From a virus, in the IMG/VR virus record IMGVR_UViG_3300045988_179268, positions 1-64,000 of that record: 64,000 nt of DNA; one strand, given 5' to 3'. The position numbers and the translations under genes are program-made. Below the pieces are notes generated by a model, which ran no database searches, was not told the origin of the DNA, and saw only the letters and a program-made list of their open reading frames with translations. This document shows, in pieces, positions 25,368 through 35,240 of this stretch. Position 1 is the stretch's first letter; each line of letters starts with the position of its first letter.

Positions 25368-26264
25368 ATGACCGAAAGTCTCAATGAAGGTGCCGCCTCG
25401 CTACCCACACAGCCCACTGAGACATCACGTAACGTAGATACCCAGGCGGAAGCCACGGAAGGGCACGATAGCCATTCTACGGGGCTACTGAGGCTTTTAG
25501 GATACGGCATTACGGCTGTGACCCTCGCTTTTCTATTCAGTAATGCTTTGGTCTGGGTTCTCAGCAAACCTATTTCTAGCCTTAACCTACCTGTGGGTAG
25601 TCATCATGTCTTTTCAATGGTTTACAGTGTCGCAATTATTCTTGTAACTTTTGGTATTGCGAAAGCAGTTTCAGCTAGAGTGGGCATGAGGCTTTGGTCT
25701 GTGGCATTGGGTGTTTTCAATCCAGCGCACGCATATAGGTATTTGTGGAGTGGTGTGCTTGGTGCTGTTGTACTTATGGCTATCAGCGTTGGTTCTGCTG
25801 TCCTTCTGGGTGGCAGGTCTGCGGCTGATGCAGTGGCACCCTACCAGGTGATGAATCTGCCGACTTTGGCGGCGTACTTTGGTTTCACTGTTGCCCTTGC
25901 TCCCATTGCTGAGGAGATGCTTTTTCGAGGCGTACTGATGTCTGTTGTCCGCAACAGTGTTATTCCTGGCGCTAAGGTTCTCATGGTTGGTATTTCAGCA
26001 TTTGGGTTCATGTTTTATCATGTGGCGGGTGCGTTTATCTCAGCAGTCAATCTGGCAGTAGCCTCCGGCTCCTTCGAGGTGCTGACAACTACTGTCGTGG
26101 CGTTACTACCTCAGATTGTAATGTACCTACTATCAGGCATTGCGCTATGCGTGCTGGCTTTGAAGACGCAAAATATTTACGCCTCTTGGCTTGCCCACGC
26201 TATCTACAACATGGCTTTGCTGTACGGGGTGAACAGTATTCTTGTTGGATGGGTCACTGGTTAA
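25368..26264 (+). CDS. CPBP-family (CAAX protease-like) intramembrane metalloprotease
   Basis: Polytopic membrane protein with the EEMLFRGVL, FMFYH and LAHAIYN motifs (EExxxR / FxxxH / H of the CPBP family). Confidence 0.75.
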   Translation: MTESLNEGAASLPTQPTETSRNVDTQAEATEGHDSHSTGLLRLLGYGITAVTLAFLFSNALVWVLSKPISSLNLPVGSHHVFSMVYSVAIILVTFGIAKAVSARVGMRLWSVALGVFNPAHAYRYLWSGVLGAVVLMAISVGSAVLLGGRSAADAVAPYQVMNLPTLAAYFGFTVALAPIAEEMLFRGVLMSVVRNSVIPGAKVLMVGISAFGFMFYHVAGAFISAVNLAVASGSFEVLTTTVVALLPQIVMYLLSGIALCVLALKTQNIYASWLAHAIYNMALLYGVNSILVGWVTG

Positions 26265-26266
26265 GG

Positions 26267-26295
26267 TTGCGCCGCTATACTTTTAGTGGTACAAT
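26267..26295 (+). promoter_or_regulatory. candidate promoter
   Basis: TTGCGC (26267-26272), 17-nt spacer with TG (26287-26288), TACAAT (26290-26295). The GGTTGCGCCGC string is also present at 2713-2723. It lies upstream of a canonical terminator, so its function is ambiguous. Confidence 0.35.
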
Positions 26296-26325
26296 TTTTA
26301 TTGCTTTCAAGGTTTAATGCCTTGT

Positions 26326-26378
26326 GGAGCCGACTTTTATGTAGCAGTTTCGCTCATAGAAGTCGGCTTCGCTTTTTT
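26326..26378 (+). terminator. intrinsic terminator (hairpin plus T6)
   Basis: ggagccgacttttat / atagaagtcggcttc stem (about 15 bp including G-U pairs) followed by gcTTTTTT. Confidence 0.7.
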
Positions 26379-26646
26379 GTTAAGACAGGTGCGTTGGCTG
26401 AACTCCCAAAGCGTCCCTGGATTCCTTGAAGGTCTACCATTTGGGAGGCGGAAGACCCAATTTTGGGTTCGCATTGCATTAAGCAGGTACGATTTAGGAA
26501 TGTGTGATGCAACGCGAACTCTTGAGGCGAAGACTTCCATGCATTACTTACATGTGAAAGTTAGGCAAGTATCTGACATGCCAAGCCTGACAGCTAATTT
26601 CGTAAGCCGCTGACAGATATTCCCTACAGAAAGTTACTTCCCTATT

Positions 26647-27726
26647 ATGGGTAAGAAGAATTTTTACACTAAGCTCGCTCTGACCACTCCGATTATTGCC
26701 GCGCTGATTGCACCTTCTGCGGCTTATGCTGATACTGCTAATACGGCAGTTGAGCAGGTTCCGGCAACCTTTACGGCACCCGCTTCTACGGGCTCTTATT
26801 ACGACCTTGTGGATGTCAATAACACTAAAGTAGTTGAACTCAGCAATGAAGAGCGTGTGGCTCTTAGGAATGTTTACCTTGATGCGGGTGACGTGAGTAT
26901 CGACGCTGTGTCTTTGAACAACCTCCAGAATGAGGCGGCGCGTAAGGCTCAGGCTCGCGGCAAGGCAATGGACAAGGTTTTGACTGCGCTTGACGATACC
27001 CGCAATGAGCTTGCGGCTAAGGCTGATGCAGAGAAGAAGGCTGAGGAAGAAGCCAAGGTAGCTAAGCTTAAGGCTGAGGAAGCAAAGAAAGCTGAGGAGC
27101 TTGCGGCTAAAGCACTTGCTGACGCAAAGTCAGCAGAAGAGGCTACCTCCGCCACTTCCCCCACTAGCCTAAACGCGGCTAATGAGGCAACTACGGTTGC
27201 TGTACAATCCAACTCTCAGCAGGCATATACGCCGACTACTTCGACTGCATCCAACAATAACACCCCTGCTACTGTTGCACCTGCCACTGTCAGTGGCAAC
27301 GGAACCTACGCATCCAATTTTGATGTTCGTGTAGCAGATACCGCTTCGAAGACTGCGACAAGCTCTGTTGATACCGCTAATTTGGACGCTACCCGTGCTG
27401 GTATCGTGAATACCGCAAAGACTGGCATTGGTGGCGCTTATATTTGGGGCGGTAAGACGTTCCGTGCATGGGACTGCTCCGGCTTCGTTTCTTGGGTTTA
27501 CGCCCAGCATGGCATTAAGCTTACTGCTTACACTTACGCAATGGCTGGTGAGCTTAAGGTGACCAACTCCCCGAAGCCTGGCGACATTGTTTTTCAGAAT
27601 GGCTACAGTCACGTCGGTATCTACATTGGTGACGGCAAGATGATTTCTGCACTGAATCCGTCTGAGGGTACCATCGTCCACTCTACTTCCATCATGTCTG
27701 TGGATGGTTACTACACCGCCCTTTAA
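26647..27726 (+). CDS. secreted NlpC/P60 peptidoglycan endopeptidase with A/E/K-rich coiled-coil linker
   Basis: Signal peptide ..IAALIAPSAAYA. AEKKAEEEAKVAKLKAEEAKKAEE linker. C-terminal GGAYIWGGKTFRAWDCSGFV..GYSHVGIYIGDG is closely paralogous to the C-terminus of the 16822 gene. Confidence 0.85.
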   Translation: MGKKNFYTKLALTTPIIAALIAPSAAYADTANTAVEQVPATFTAPASTGSYYDLVDVNNTKVVELSNEERVALRNVYLDAGDVSIDAVSLNNLQNEAARKAQARGKAMDKVLTALDDTRNELAAKADAEKKAEEEAKVAKLKAEEAKKAEELAAKALADAKSAEEATSATSPTSLNAANEATTVAVQSNSQQAYTPTTSTASNNNTPATVAPATVSGNGTYASNFDVRVADTASKTATSSVDTANLDATRAGIVNTAKTGIGGAYIWGGKTFRAWDCSGFVSWVYAQHGIKLTAYTYAMAGELKVTNSPKPGDIVFQNGYSHVGIYIGDGKMISALNPSEGTIVHSTSIMSVDGYYTAL

Positions 27727-27729
27727 AAT

Positions 27730-27758
27730 TTGCACATAAAGCTACCGCCTGGTAGAAT
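27730..27758 (+). promoter_or_regulatory. promoter just after the NlpC/P60 stop codon
   Basis: TTGCAC (27730-27735), 17-nt spacer with TG (27750-27751), TAGAAT (27753-27758). Confidence 0.5.
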
Positions 27759-27869
27759 ATGTAGCAGAGGAGAAGCCGTAAGGCATATCCCTTTCGACCC
27801 GTAATTATGTAACTACAACTAGCAGTGACTCGCCCGGCTGTGATTACTAATTGAGGTTTCGCAAATAAG

Positions 27870-27907
27870 GTTAAGCCCCGTAAGATTCAGTACTTGCGGG
27901 GCTTAAC
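27870..27907 (+). terminator. stem-loop terminator
   Basis: 15-bp stem gttaagccccgtaag / cttgcggggcttaac with one G-U pair. T-rich sequence follows within 10 nt. Confidence 0.6.
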
Positions 27908-28016
27908 TGTGTGCTTTTTGAAATAACCCCTAAATTCAGATAGACATCAAAGTGCATCGTGCGATATGTTGTAAGTGTCACATTGGTTATTTATTTGAAA
28001 GGCATGTGGTGCCATT

Positions 28017-28691
28017 ATGGGTTTCGTTTACCCTGTCACTGATTCTCCCGCTTACGAGTATGGGCTTGTTGCCACCCCGGAAGGTGAGACTGTCCCCGCG
28101 CTTGTGGATGGCTCTACGGTCTGGGTTCTCAATGTTGAGGATGGGCTGATTAGTCTCGTTAATATTGGTGCAGGCGCATTGTCTGGGTTGGATACCTCAC
28201 GTGGTGTTTTCCAGCGTGAGACGGACTATAGGACGTGGGTTCTGGATGCCGCTGAGTATATCGCTAAGGTTGCTCACGAGGGAATGGTTGATGCGGGCGG
28301 CAATGACTACTACGGTGGGCATGTAATTAATGTGGCTATGCAGGTCAGTGAGGACACTCATGGTAATGAATTTGCGGTAGCGGTAGCGTATCTGCATGAT
28401 GTCCTGGAGCAGACTAAGGTCACCGCGCATGAGTTGCGTAAGGTTATGCCCGAGGAAGTGCTAGATGCTGTTGTTGCTTTGACGCATGGTGAGCATGAAG
28501 ACTCATACCGCCTATACCTTTCCCGTGTCACAAAGAATCCTTTGGCGGCACTTGTGAAGCGTGCAGAGGTTGAGGATAACCGTGATGTTACTCGTCTACG
28601 TGAAGTTACTGATAAGGCGGCGTGGGAGTTGCTAAAGTATGACTTTGCGGCGCGCTACCTAGATGATAAGTTGAAGAAAACTTCTATCTAA
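28017..28691 (+). CDS. HD-domain phosphohydrolase (SpoT/Mesh1-like small hydrolase)
   Basis: GGHVINVA...AVAYLHDVLEQT...AVVALTH...VKRAEVEDN resembles the H..HD..D pattern of the RelA/SpoT-type HD hydrolase domain. The N-terminal roughly 70 aa are unassigned. Confidence 0.6.
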   Translation: MGFVYPVTDSPAYEYGLVATPEGETVPALVDGSTVWVLNVEDGLISLVNIGAGALSGLDTSRGVFQRETDYRTWVLDAAEYIAKVAHEGMVDAGGNDYYGGHVINVAMQVSEDTHGNEFAVAVAYLHDVLEQTKVTAHELRKVMPEEVLDAVVALTHGEHEDSYRLYLSRVTKNPLAALVKRAEVEDNRDVTRLREVTDKAAWELLKYDFAARYLDDKLKKTSI

Positions 28692-28925
28692 AATCTGCTT
28701 CCCACTCTAGACCTATTTGGGTTATTGTGGGTTCTGCATAGTTGGGTCAGGGCATCTGAAAGGTATTACTTCCTTATGCGTGTCCGCTATTGGTTCTGCT
28801 ATGTATTTTATGACCGTGAAGCACCTGAAATTTGTAGGGTGGCTTCACCGCCGGGGCGTTGATGCACCAAAGAACGCTCAGCGTCCCGGCAATTGTTCTG
28901 TAACCTATCATTGGAGACAACCCTA

Positions 28926-31900
28926 ATGGCTAAGACTACCTCAAAGAAGGTACTAACCGCACTTCCCATGCTTGCGCTTGCCGCTGTCCCGACCGTGAGC
29001 GGTATCGCTCCGGCGTTCGCGGCTGATGCAAACGCTACTACTGCTACCACCTTGAACGGCAACCTTGCGGGCGCTTCACTCAAGGTGGCTGGCGGCGAGG
29101 AAGTGCAGACTCTCACCAATGGTCGTGGTGGCGTGACCCGTCAGGTAACCCTCACCATCCCAAACCTTGATGGGGCACTCAAGGCAGGGCAGACTACCGA
29201 GATTGAGCTTATCCCCACTTTGGCGGCTGGCTCCGAAGGTAAGGAAAACGCCAACAACCTTCTGTTCACTACTAAGATGGCAGATGTTCTTGATGCAAGT
29301 GGCAAGAAGATTGGCACTCTGTCTAACCACCCGACGAATAGCCGCATTATCCGCATTACCTGGAATGATGCGATTACTGAGAACCCGCGTGACATTAGCG
29401 CGAACTTCACAGCAAATATTGACCCGCTGAATGATGAGAAGGTTCTCAAGACCTATGACCTGAAGTATAAGGCAACAGGTATTGGCACCATCAATGGCGG
29501 TCAGATTAAGCTGAATCCTGCCGCCAGCCAGGTGGACTTCATTGGACCTGGTGGTGTTTGGTACGGCGGTCAGGGTGTCGCAAAGTGTGGCGTGCCTGAT
29601 GCGTTCTTGAAGGGTCAGACTGTCCCGAATGGTGTCGTTAAGGGTGGCACCTACGAAATTGAGCTGATTATTGACCCTGCGAAGCAACAGTTCCGTATTG
29701 GTCAGGGTGAAGCTGATGACTATCTCAAGAAGAACCCCAATTTTACTGTAACCCAGTCAGTTCCTTCCAAGGAAATTAACGGTCGCTTCTACTACCTCCA
29801 CAATGAAGACCTTCTTGAATGGGGCAAGAAGAACCCTGAGCTTCGCAAGTACTTCACTCTTGCTGGTCACCGCACTGCGGCTGAGCAGAAGGCTTGGGCA
29901 GACCCCGAGGGTGACTTGAGCATCATTAACCCTGAAAATCTGTCTGTCCGTGCGGCAACTGGTAGCTTCGCCAACACTGTCCGTAACGAGTTGAAGGAAC
30001 GCGGTGTCACTGAGCCTCTGGTAACTATCGACTTTGAGAAGTCCACCCCCGGCAAGCTGGTTCTCAAGTACACCGCTTTGTGGGATGGCATGTCGTTCTG
30101 GTTCTCCACCACCTCGCCTGATGTCACTAAGGTTGTTGAGCAGGAGCCTCACTGGAAGGTTAAGGATTACGGCCCCGGTATCGACTCCGAGGGTAAGCGT
30201 TGTGGTGACGTACAGCTGACCGCTGAGGCAATCCGAAACAAGGAAACGACATTCACCTTTGAGGGTCGCACCTACCGCACTGACGTTGCCGGTCGCCCGC
30301 AGACTGGTTTTATTACCGCATGGGGTGGCTACAGCTACGAGGACGGTTCCGCTGAGTCTTACGCTTTGCCCAAGGATGGTAACGAGCAGAAGCAGGGCGC
30401 TTACGGTGTCACCCTGACTGCTGACCTGATGGAGAACTCCTCTACGGTTAAGCCGTACACCCTGGATAAGACTAAGACTATCTTCTCCACTACGGATGGT
30501 GCGACCATCTCTGAGAACGGCAAGAAGATTGTGGTTCCGGGTAAGGCGACCATCACTATCGACGCTAATGGTGTCGCAACTGCCGTCCCCGAGAAGGGGT
30601 TCAGCGGCACCGTGACCGTGAACTACAATATTTACGACAGCGGCAAGGCAACCACTAAGGTTCCTTCCACTGCAACGTTCACGTGGGCTAAGCAGTCGAA
30701 CCTGACTGTTGCCCCGGCTGAGAAGACTGTTCTGGTGAACAGCGAGAAGTCCCACACCCTTGACCCGCTGGCTACCGCTAAGGTTGAGGGTAGCACCGTC
30801 GATGCTTCTACTTTGAAGCTTGGCGATGGTAAGGGCTCCACGTCTTACAGCTTCGGTGATTCCGGCGTGACCGCCAAGGTTGTAAACGGTAAGGTCGTTT
30901 TCGACCACCCGCAGAACATTGTTGGCGATTTCACTCTCCGTTACATCGTTTCGACTGCTGATGGCAAGGAAGCTGAGTCTACTGTTACCTTGCACATTCA
31001 GCCCATCAACACGGCTATCGGTATCGTCACTAAGATTAACGGTGACGATGCGAACATTAACCCGGTGAAGTTGAAGCTTGATGAGAATGGTAATGCTACC
31101 GGCAAGGTCACGGTTGATGTGACTAACACCTCTGGCTCTGCTGTCACTTTGAACGCTAACACTTTGACTGTCGCTAATGCGGCGGGCGCTAAGGTAACCT
31201 TGCCTGCTGGCTTCACTCTTGCCCCTGGTGAGACGAAGACCCTTGAGGTTGGCACCGTTTCCGTGGCTTCGGGTAAGACTGCTGAGGTTACCTACAAGGC
31301 AACCCAGACTGCTAATATTTTTAAGCGTTGGGATGGCACTAAGGTTTCCGGTACTGTTGGTACTGCTCAGACTGTGAGTGACCCTGCTAAGGCTACTGCT
31401 GAGGTGGTTTCTGAGGTTCCGGGCAACCCTCCGGTTGTCGCAGATAACCCGGAAGCTACCTACACCGAGCCGAAGGCATCCGATGACAGCTACACCATCA
31501 CCACTGATGAGACTGTCCTAGAGGGCGTGCTGAGCAACGATAAGGGTGGTTCCATTAACGGTGTTGATGACCCGCTGGACGCGAAGACTATTCGCTTCCA
31601 GGCTGAGGATGGTTCTTGGGTTACTTCTCGAACCTTCGAGGGTAAGGGCACATACACTGTTGATGAGAACGGTGTCGTAAAGTTCCTCCGTGTGGCAGGT
31701 TACACTGGTGAGCTTCCTGAGGTGACTTACCAGGTTTCCACGGTTTCAGGTTTGAGCACTCAGGCGGTGATTCGTCTTGAGCACAAGGTTGAGCCGCCGG
31801 TAACTCCTAAGCCTGAGGAGCCGAAGGTTGAGAAGCCTGTCGAGCCTGTGAAGCAGGTGGAAGCTAAGACTGGTCGTGACACTGGTAACGGTGTTGCTGG

Positions 31901-31982
31901 TCAGGCTGGCTTGTTTGCCGCTATTGGTGCTGGTCTTGGGGCTTTGTTCCTGGGTAAGCGCCGTAAGGGTGAGCAGGAGTAA
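28926..31982 (+). CDS. large secreted surface protein (Ig-like/adhesin-type beta domains) with EAKTG sorting signal
   Basis: Start moved to the ATG at 28926. Signal peptide MAKTTSKKVLTALPMLALAAVPTVSGIAPAFA. C-terminus is PEEPKVEKPVEPVKQV-EAKTG (31860-31874), then a hydrophobic helix and KRRKGEQE. Confidence 0.8.
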   Translation: MAKTTSKKVLTALPMLALAAVPTVSGIAPAFAADANATTATTLNGNLAGASLKVAGGEEVQTLTNGRGGVTRQVTLTIPNLDGALKAGQTTEIELIPTLAAGSEGKENANNLLFTTKMADVLDASGKKIGTLSNHPTNSRIIRITWNDAITENPRDISANFTANIDPLNDEKVLKTYDLKYKATGIGTINGGQIKLNPAASQVDFIGPGGVWYGGQGVAKCGVPDAFLKGQTVPNGVVKGGTYEIELIIDPAKQQFRIGQGEADDYLKKNPNFTVTQSVPSKEINGRFYYLHNEDLLEWGKKNPELRKYFTLAGHRTAAEQKAWADPEGDLSIINPENLSVRAATGSFANTVRNELKERGVTEPLVTIDFEKSTPGKLVLKYTALWDGMSFWFSTTSPDVTKVVEQEPHWKVKDYGPGIDSEGKRCGDVQLTAEAIRNKETTFTFEGRTYRTDVAGRPQTGFITAWGGYSYEDGSAESYALPKDGNEQKQGAYGVTLTADLMENSSTVKPYTLDKTKTIFSTTDGATISENGKKIVVPGKATITIDANGVATAVPEKGFSGTVTVNYNIYDSGKATTKVPSTATFTWAKQSNLTVAPAEKTVLVNSEKSHTLDPLATAKVEGSTVDASTLKLGDGKGSTSYSFGDSGVTAKVVNGKVVFDHPQNIVGDFTLRYIVSTADGKEAESTVTLHIQPINTAIGIVTKINGDDANINPVKLKLDENGNATGKVTVDVTNTSGSAVTLNANTLTVANAAGAKVTLPAGFTLAPGETKTLEVGTVSVASGKTAEVTYKATQTANIFKRWDGTKVSGTVGTAQTVSDPAKATAEVVSEVPGNPPVVADNPEATYTEPKASDDSYTITTDETVLEGVLSNDKGGSINGVDDPLDAKTIRFQAEDGSWVTSRTFEGKGTYTVDENGVVKFLRVAGYTGELPEVTYQVSTVSGLSTQAVIRLEHKVEPPVTPKPEEPKVEKPVEPVKQVEAKTGRDTGNGVAGQAGLFAAIGAGLGALFLGKRRKGEQE

Positions 31983-32176
31983 GTTTCTTCTAGTGTAACA
32001 GGTAGCCCTGTTTAGTATTTGCGGGTGTTCCGCGTTCCTGACTTTGTTGGGGCGTGGGGCACCCGCTTTTTTATTGGGGTGCAGATAGTTTCTGCTATAT
32101 CTCTTTCTGTAAGCTTTGTTATTTACATCACACTCGCGATTATTTGTTGGAGGGTGTGGGAAGAGAGTCTTTTTAT

Positions 32177-34015
32177 ATGGCGAATATTTCTAAGCGTAAG
32201 GCAGGGGCTACCGCGTTGGCTGTGTCAATGCTGACTGGTACAGCGGTGGCTAATGCGGCTAATATTGTGCCGAAGAACCCGGTTCCTGCTGGTTCGTGTC
32301 TTATGAGTCAGTATCAGCCGGGCTTAGGTTGCCCGGACTGGGCAGATGAGTTTGATGGGGCAGAGGTCAATAAGGATTTCTGGAGCGTTTACGACGGCTA
32401 TTCTGAGGTGAATCAAGACCCTTATGGTAGGTACACGAAAGATGCCGTAACTGTTAAAGATGGTCAGCTTCATCTAACAACGAAAGTTGGGACTAACGGG
32501 CAGAAGGGACAATCTGCCGAGATGAGCACCAACAACAAGGCGGCATTTGAAGACGGGTACTGGGAGTTTAAAGTATCCAGCTATTCAGGCTTTGGGCATG
32601 TTGGTGGCTACTTGTATGGTAACGGCAATGTTGCTGGACCTCAGCAGGGAGAAATTGACGGCTACGAGGCGTTCGGTAGCACCAATAAGGACACTCGCAA
32701 TGAGGCAGGTAAGAAGGAAAAGTTTGACCAGTCGAACAAGAACCAAAGCATTATCCACTACAGCCAGGGCGCTATTGACGCACAAACAGGTAAGAAAGTA
32801 ACTCACGGTAAGGCTACTTGGCTCCCAAATAAGCCTGTCGGTGAACCTGTTGTTGTTGGCATTCTAAAGACTGCTGATGGCGTGAAGATTTTCCGCGACG
32901 GTGTTTTAGTTCAGGAGATGAAATCCACTGACCCAAACTACGCTAAAACGTTCCCTGCCGGTCAGCCACTTAACACTACATTGACTGCACGAGTTTCAAA
33001 TGTCTATTGGGGCTTGCAGAGCAACCCCACAGGCGGGATTTCTTTTGATTATGTGCGACACTACCCACTAGTAACAGTATCCCCCACGCCGACCGCATCA
33101 CCATCGGCAACCGTTGAGGCTCCAAAGCCAGTAGCGACAATAGAACCGACTGTTGCGGCACCCACCCCTTCCGCAACAGCTGAACCCAAGCCTTCTACAG
33201 CGACTCCTAGCCCAGTAGAGACTACAGCTACCCCAATTACTTCTCCAACGCCCACACTTAGCGTTGAGCCCACTATGGAGCCTAAGCCAACAGAAAGTAC
33301 CGTAGCGCCTTCCGCAACGCCTACGATTGAAGCTGTAGCACCTACACCAACTACTGATGCACCTAAGCCGGTAGAGACTACAGCTGTTCCAGTACCGTCG
33401 TCTAAGGCAACCCCTACTGAGGATGCGTCTAAGCCTGCTGAGCCGACACCTTCGGCTACGGTAGCTTCGCCATCACCTATTGTGACAGTGACGCCCTCTT
33501 CCGAACCTAGTGTGATGCCTTCCGCGGAGGCTTCTTCTCCGACGGCATCTACCTCACCATCACCTAGTGCGAGTGAAAATGTGTCACCTTCTCCTACAAG
33601 CGGGACTGCTACGGCTGAGGTGACCACTCCAAGCACCCCCATTGCGTCCAGTAGTGAAAAGTCTGGTAATGATTTAGTGCCCGACCCCAGTGCGTCACCG
33701 TCCCAGCAGGCATCGCCTTCGCCTTCTACTGAAAGCCTTATTCCTTCTCCTGAGGGAGATGAAGCGTTAAAGAATAAGAGTGGCGACAGGGTTGTTGATT
33801 CCAGTAACCCCTCTAGCATTAAAGGAAGTGATGCTTTGTCTACATCGAATGATTCGACTGGTAAGCCTAAACAGCCTGTAGTTGCGAAGACTGGTCATGA
33901 TGCCAAATCTGGAGGCTGGGTGACGGCTGGTATCGCGGCAATTGTTGTCGGCGTTATTGCTGTTGCCGGGTGGTTCTTTTTGTTCAAGTCACATAACGAT
34001 AACGACGGTCAGTAA
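32177..34015 (+). CDS. secreted GH16-like (concanavalin-type) glycoside hydrolase with P/T/S-rich stalk and VAKTG sorting signal
   Basis: Start moved to the ATG at 32177. Signal peptide MANISKRKAGATALAVSMLTGTAVANA. DEFDG..FWS..DGQLHL..GYWEFK..GEIDGYEAFG matches the GH16 ExDxxE catalytic strand. VAKTG at 33881-33895 is followed by a TM helix and KSHNDNDGQ. Confidence 0.75.
   Translation: MANISKRKAGATALAVSMLTGTAVANAANIVPKNPVPAGSCLMSQYQPGLGCPDWADEFDGAEVNKDFWSVYDGYSEVNQDPYGRYTKDAVTVKDGQLHLTTKVGTNGQKGQSAEMSTNNKAAFEDGYWEFKVSSYSGFGHVGGYLYGNGNVAGPQQGEIDGYEAFGSTNKDTRNEAGKKEKFDQSNKNQSIIHYSQGAIDAQTGKKVTHGKATWLPNKPVGEPVVVGILKTADGVKIFRDGVLVQEMKSTDPNYAKTFPAGQPLNTTLTARVSNVYWGLQSNPTGGISFDYVRHYPLVTVSPTPTASPSATVEAPKPVATIEPTVAAPTPSATAEPKPSTATPSPVETTATPITSPTPTLSVEPTMEPKPTESTVAPSATPTIEAVAPTPTTDAPKPVETTAVPVPSSKATPTEDASKPAEPTPSATVASPSPIVTVTPSSEPSVMPSAEASSPTASTSPSPSASENVSPSPTSGTATAEVTTPSTPIASSSEKSGNDLVPDPSASPSQQASPSPSTESLIPSPEGDEALKNKSGDRVVDSSNPSSIKGSDALSTSNDSTGKPKQPVVAKTGHDAKSGGWVTAGIAAIVVGVIAVAGWFFLFKSHNDNDGQ
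33080..33830 (+). repeat. low-complexity Pro/Thr/Ser/Ala-rich stalk
   Basis: SPTPTASPSATVEAPKPVATIEPTVAAPTPSATAEPKPSTATPSP... Boundaries are approximate. Confidence 0.7.
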
Positions 34016-34035
34016 TAAGTAATTTAGTTTTTGTT

Positions 34036-34079
34036 TTGTAGGCGGCGCGAGAGTAATTATGTTCTCGCGCCGCCTACAA
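34036..34079 (+). terminator. stem-loop terminator
   Basis: Perfect 17-bp stem ttgtaggcggcgcgaga / tctcgcgccgcctacaa. Confidence 0.7.
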
Positions 34080-34136
34080 CTTTTACTGCAAGTAAGATAG
34101 AATTGTTTGTACGGTTTTTACGTTAAGGAGATTTAA

Positions 34137-35237
34137 TTGAATACCCAGAATCCCGTTATCCACATTGTTGCGCATATGAGCGAAGATAGGCGGCGTGTCG
34201 GATTCCTGCCTGTTGCAGGTGGTTCGCTCGATGCTTTGAGTGTCCCCGTTGTCCAGTCAGTTTTTACAGGTAAGTCCATTCCTGATGGTCAGCCTACCAT
34301 TATTGAGGTCATTGATGAGTTGCGTGGTTGCGGGTATGACCGTGCCGATTTTGTTCTTGTTGCTTGGGATGCTCAGCGCATTTTGAGTGAGACTAAACGC
34401 GCAATTCCTGCTTTAAGTGCATTGGTTGGTGGCAAAGTGGTTGAGATGGAGTCCCTAGCTTTGGCTTTTAGCGGGTTGCCGTCAGACTCGCCGTATCGCT
34501 TCGTTCGTCCTGATGGCGGGTTGGCGCTAGTTGATGCTGTTCAGGATGTCTATTCTTTATATAAAGATAACATTATGAACCTTGCCACTTCTTATGATGC
34601 TATGCGCATTAGCGAGCACATCGGAAGCGGGGACGATTCTGACGGTGAAACGTTGAGGTCGCCTGCGTTGCTAGGTATTGGCGGCAAGAAAACGGCTGGC
34701 AAGGACACATTTGCTGGTCTTCTCGGCGATAACTGGGTGGTTATTGGTATGTCTGACCCGTTGTATGAGGTGTTGCTTGAACTTAATCCAAAGATTACAT
34801 ATGAGGCGGATGGTGATGCCGCTAATGTTGTTTATCTTTCCAATTATCTGCATAGTGTATGTGGTGGTGATTGGACTTTGGCTAAGCGAAACTCGGATGT
34901 TCGAGAAATGTTACAGCGGCTAGGCACTAATGTTGTGCGAAATATGGTTGATGAGGATGCCTGGGTGGATATGATGTCTGTCCGTGTGTTGCAACTTCAT
35001 TCTGAGGGCAAGAATGTTGCTGTCACTGGCATTAGGTTCCCCAATGAGCTTGCCCGTATTAAGGATATGGGTGGCAGTTCCGTCTGGGTTGAGAATAATC
35101 GAATCGACTCACCTGATACGCATATTTCTGAGCTATCTCTAATGCCTCGGGATTTCGATTTCACTGTCTACAATAATGGGTCTTTAGATGATTTGAATCA
35201 TTCTGCGAAGCAGGTTGCAGATATGGTTTCCGGCTAG
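34137..35237 (+). CDS. two-domain protein; C-terminal half resembles phage-type deoxynucleoside monophosphate kinase
   Basis: TTG start after TAAGGAG. P-loop-like GIGGKKTAGKDTFAGLL, plus LQRLGTNVVRNMVDEDAWV and VTGIRFPNELARIK. The N-terminal roughly 170 aa are unassigned. Confidence 0.5.
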   Translation: MNTQNPVIHIVAHMSEDRRRVGFLPVAGGSLDALSVPVVQSVFTGKSIPDGQPTIIEVIDELRGCGYDRADFVLVAWDAQRILSETKRAIPALSALVGGKVVEMESLALAFSGLPSDSPYRFVRPDGGLALVDAVQDVYSLYKDNIMNLATSYDAMRISEHIGSGDDSDGETLRSPALLGIGGKKTAGKDTFAGLLGDNWVVIGMSDPLYEVLLELNPKITYEADGDAANVVYLSNYLHSVCGGDWTLAKRNSDVREMLQRLGTNVVRNMVDEDAWVDMMSVRVLQLHSEGKNVAVTGIRFPNELARIKDMGGSSVWVENNRIDSPDTHISELSLMPRDFDFTVYNNGSLDDLNHSAKQVADMVSG

Positions 35238-35240
35238 ATT

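Noticed and set aside
26317-26613. 98-aa ORF in the CPBP-NlpC/P60 spacer (also 16587-16829, 28717-28926, 32019-32234 and 37120-37413)
   Set aside because: These run through terminator hairpins or the 5' ends or opposite strand of real genes. They lack an SD and have implausible composition.
26265-26646. ydaO/c-di-AMP riboswitch upstream of the NlpC/P60 gene
   Set aside because: I could not find the G-rich conserved cores (ACGGGG / CCCG-type elements) I associate with this riboswitch class. Only generic hairpins are present. An Infernal scan is needed before this can be claimed.
29757-30995. 412-aa minus-strand ORF, along with similar long antisense ORFs (18286-19071, 24042-24875, 33061-33819, 11659-12297, 27169-27735 and 20074-20880 opposite pspA)
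   Set aside because: Each lies wholly inside a well-supported gene on the other strand. They have low-complexity, Arg/Ser/Leu-rich composition and no start signals, so they are shadow ORFs.
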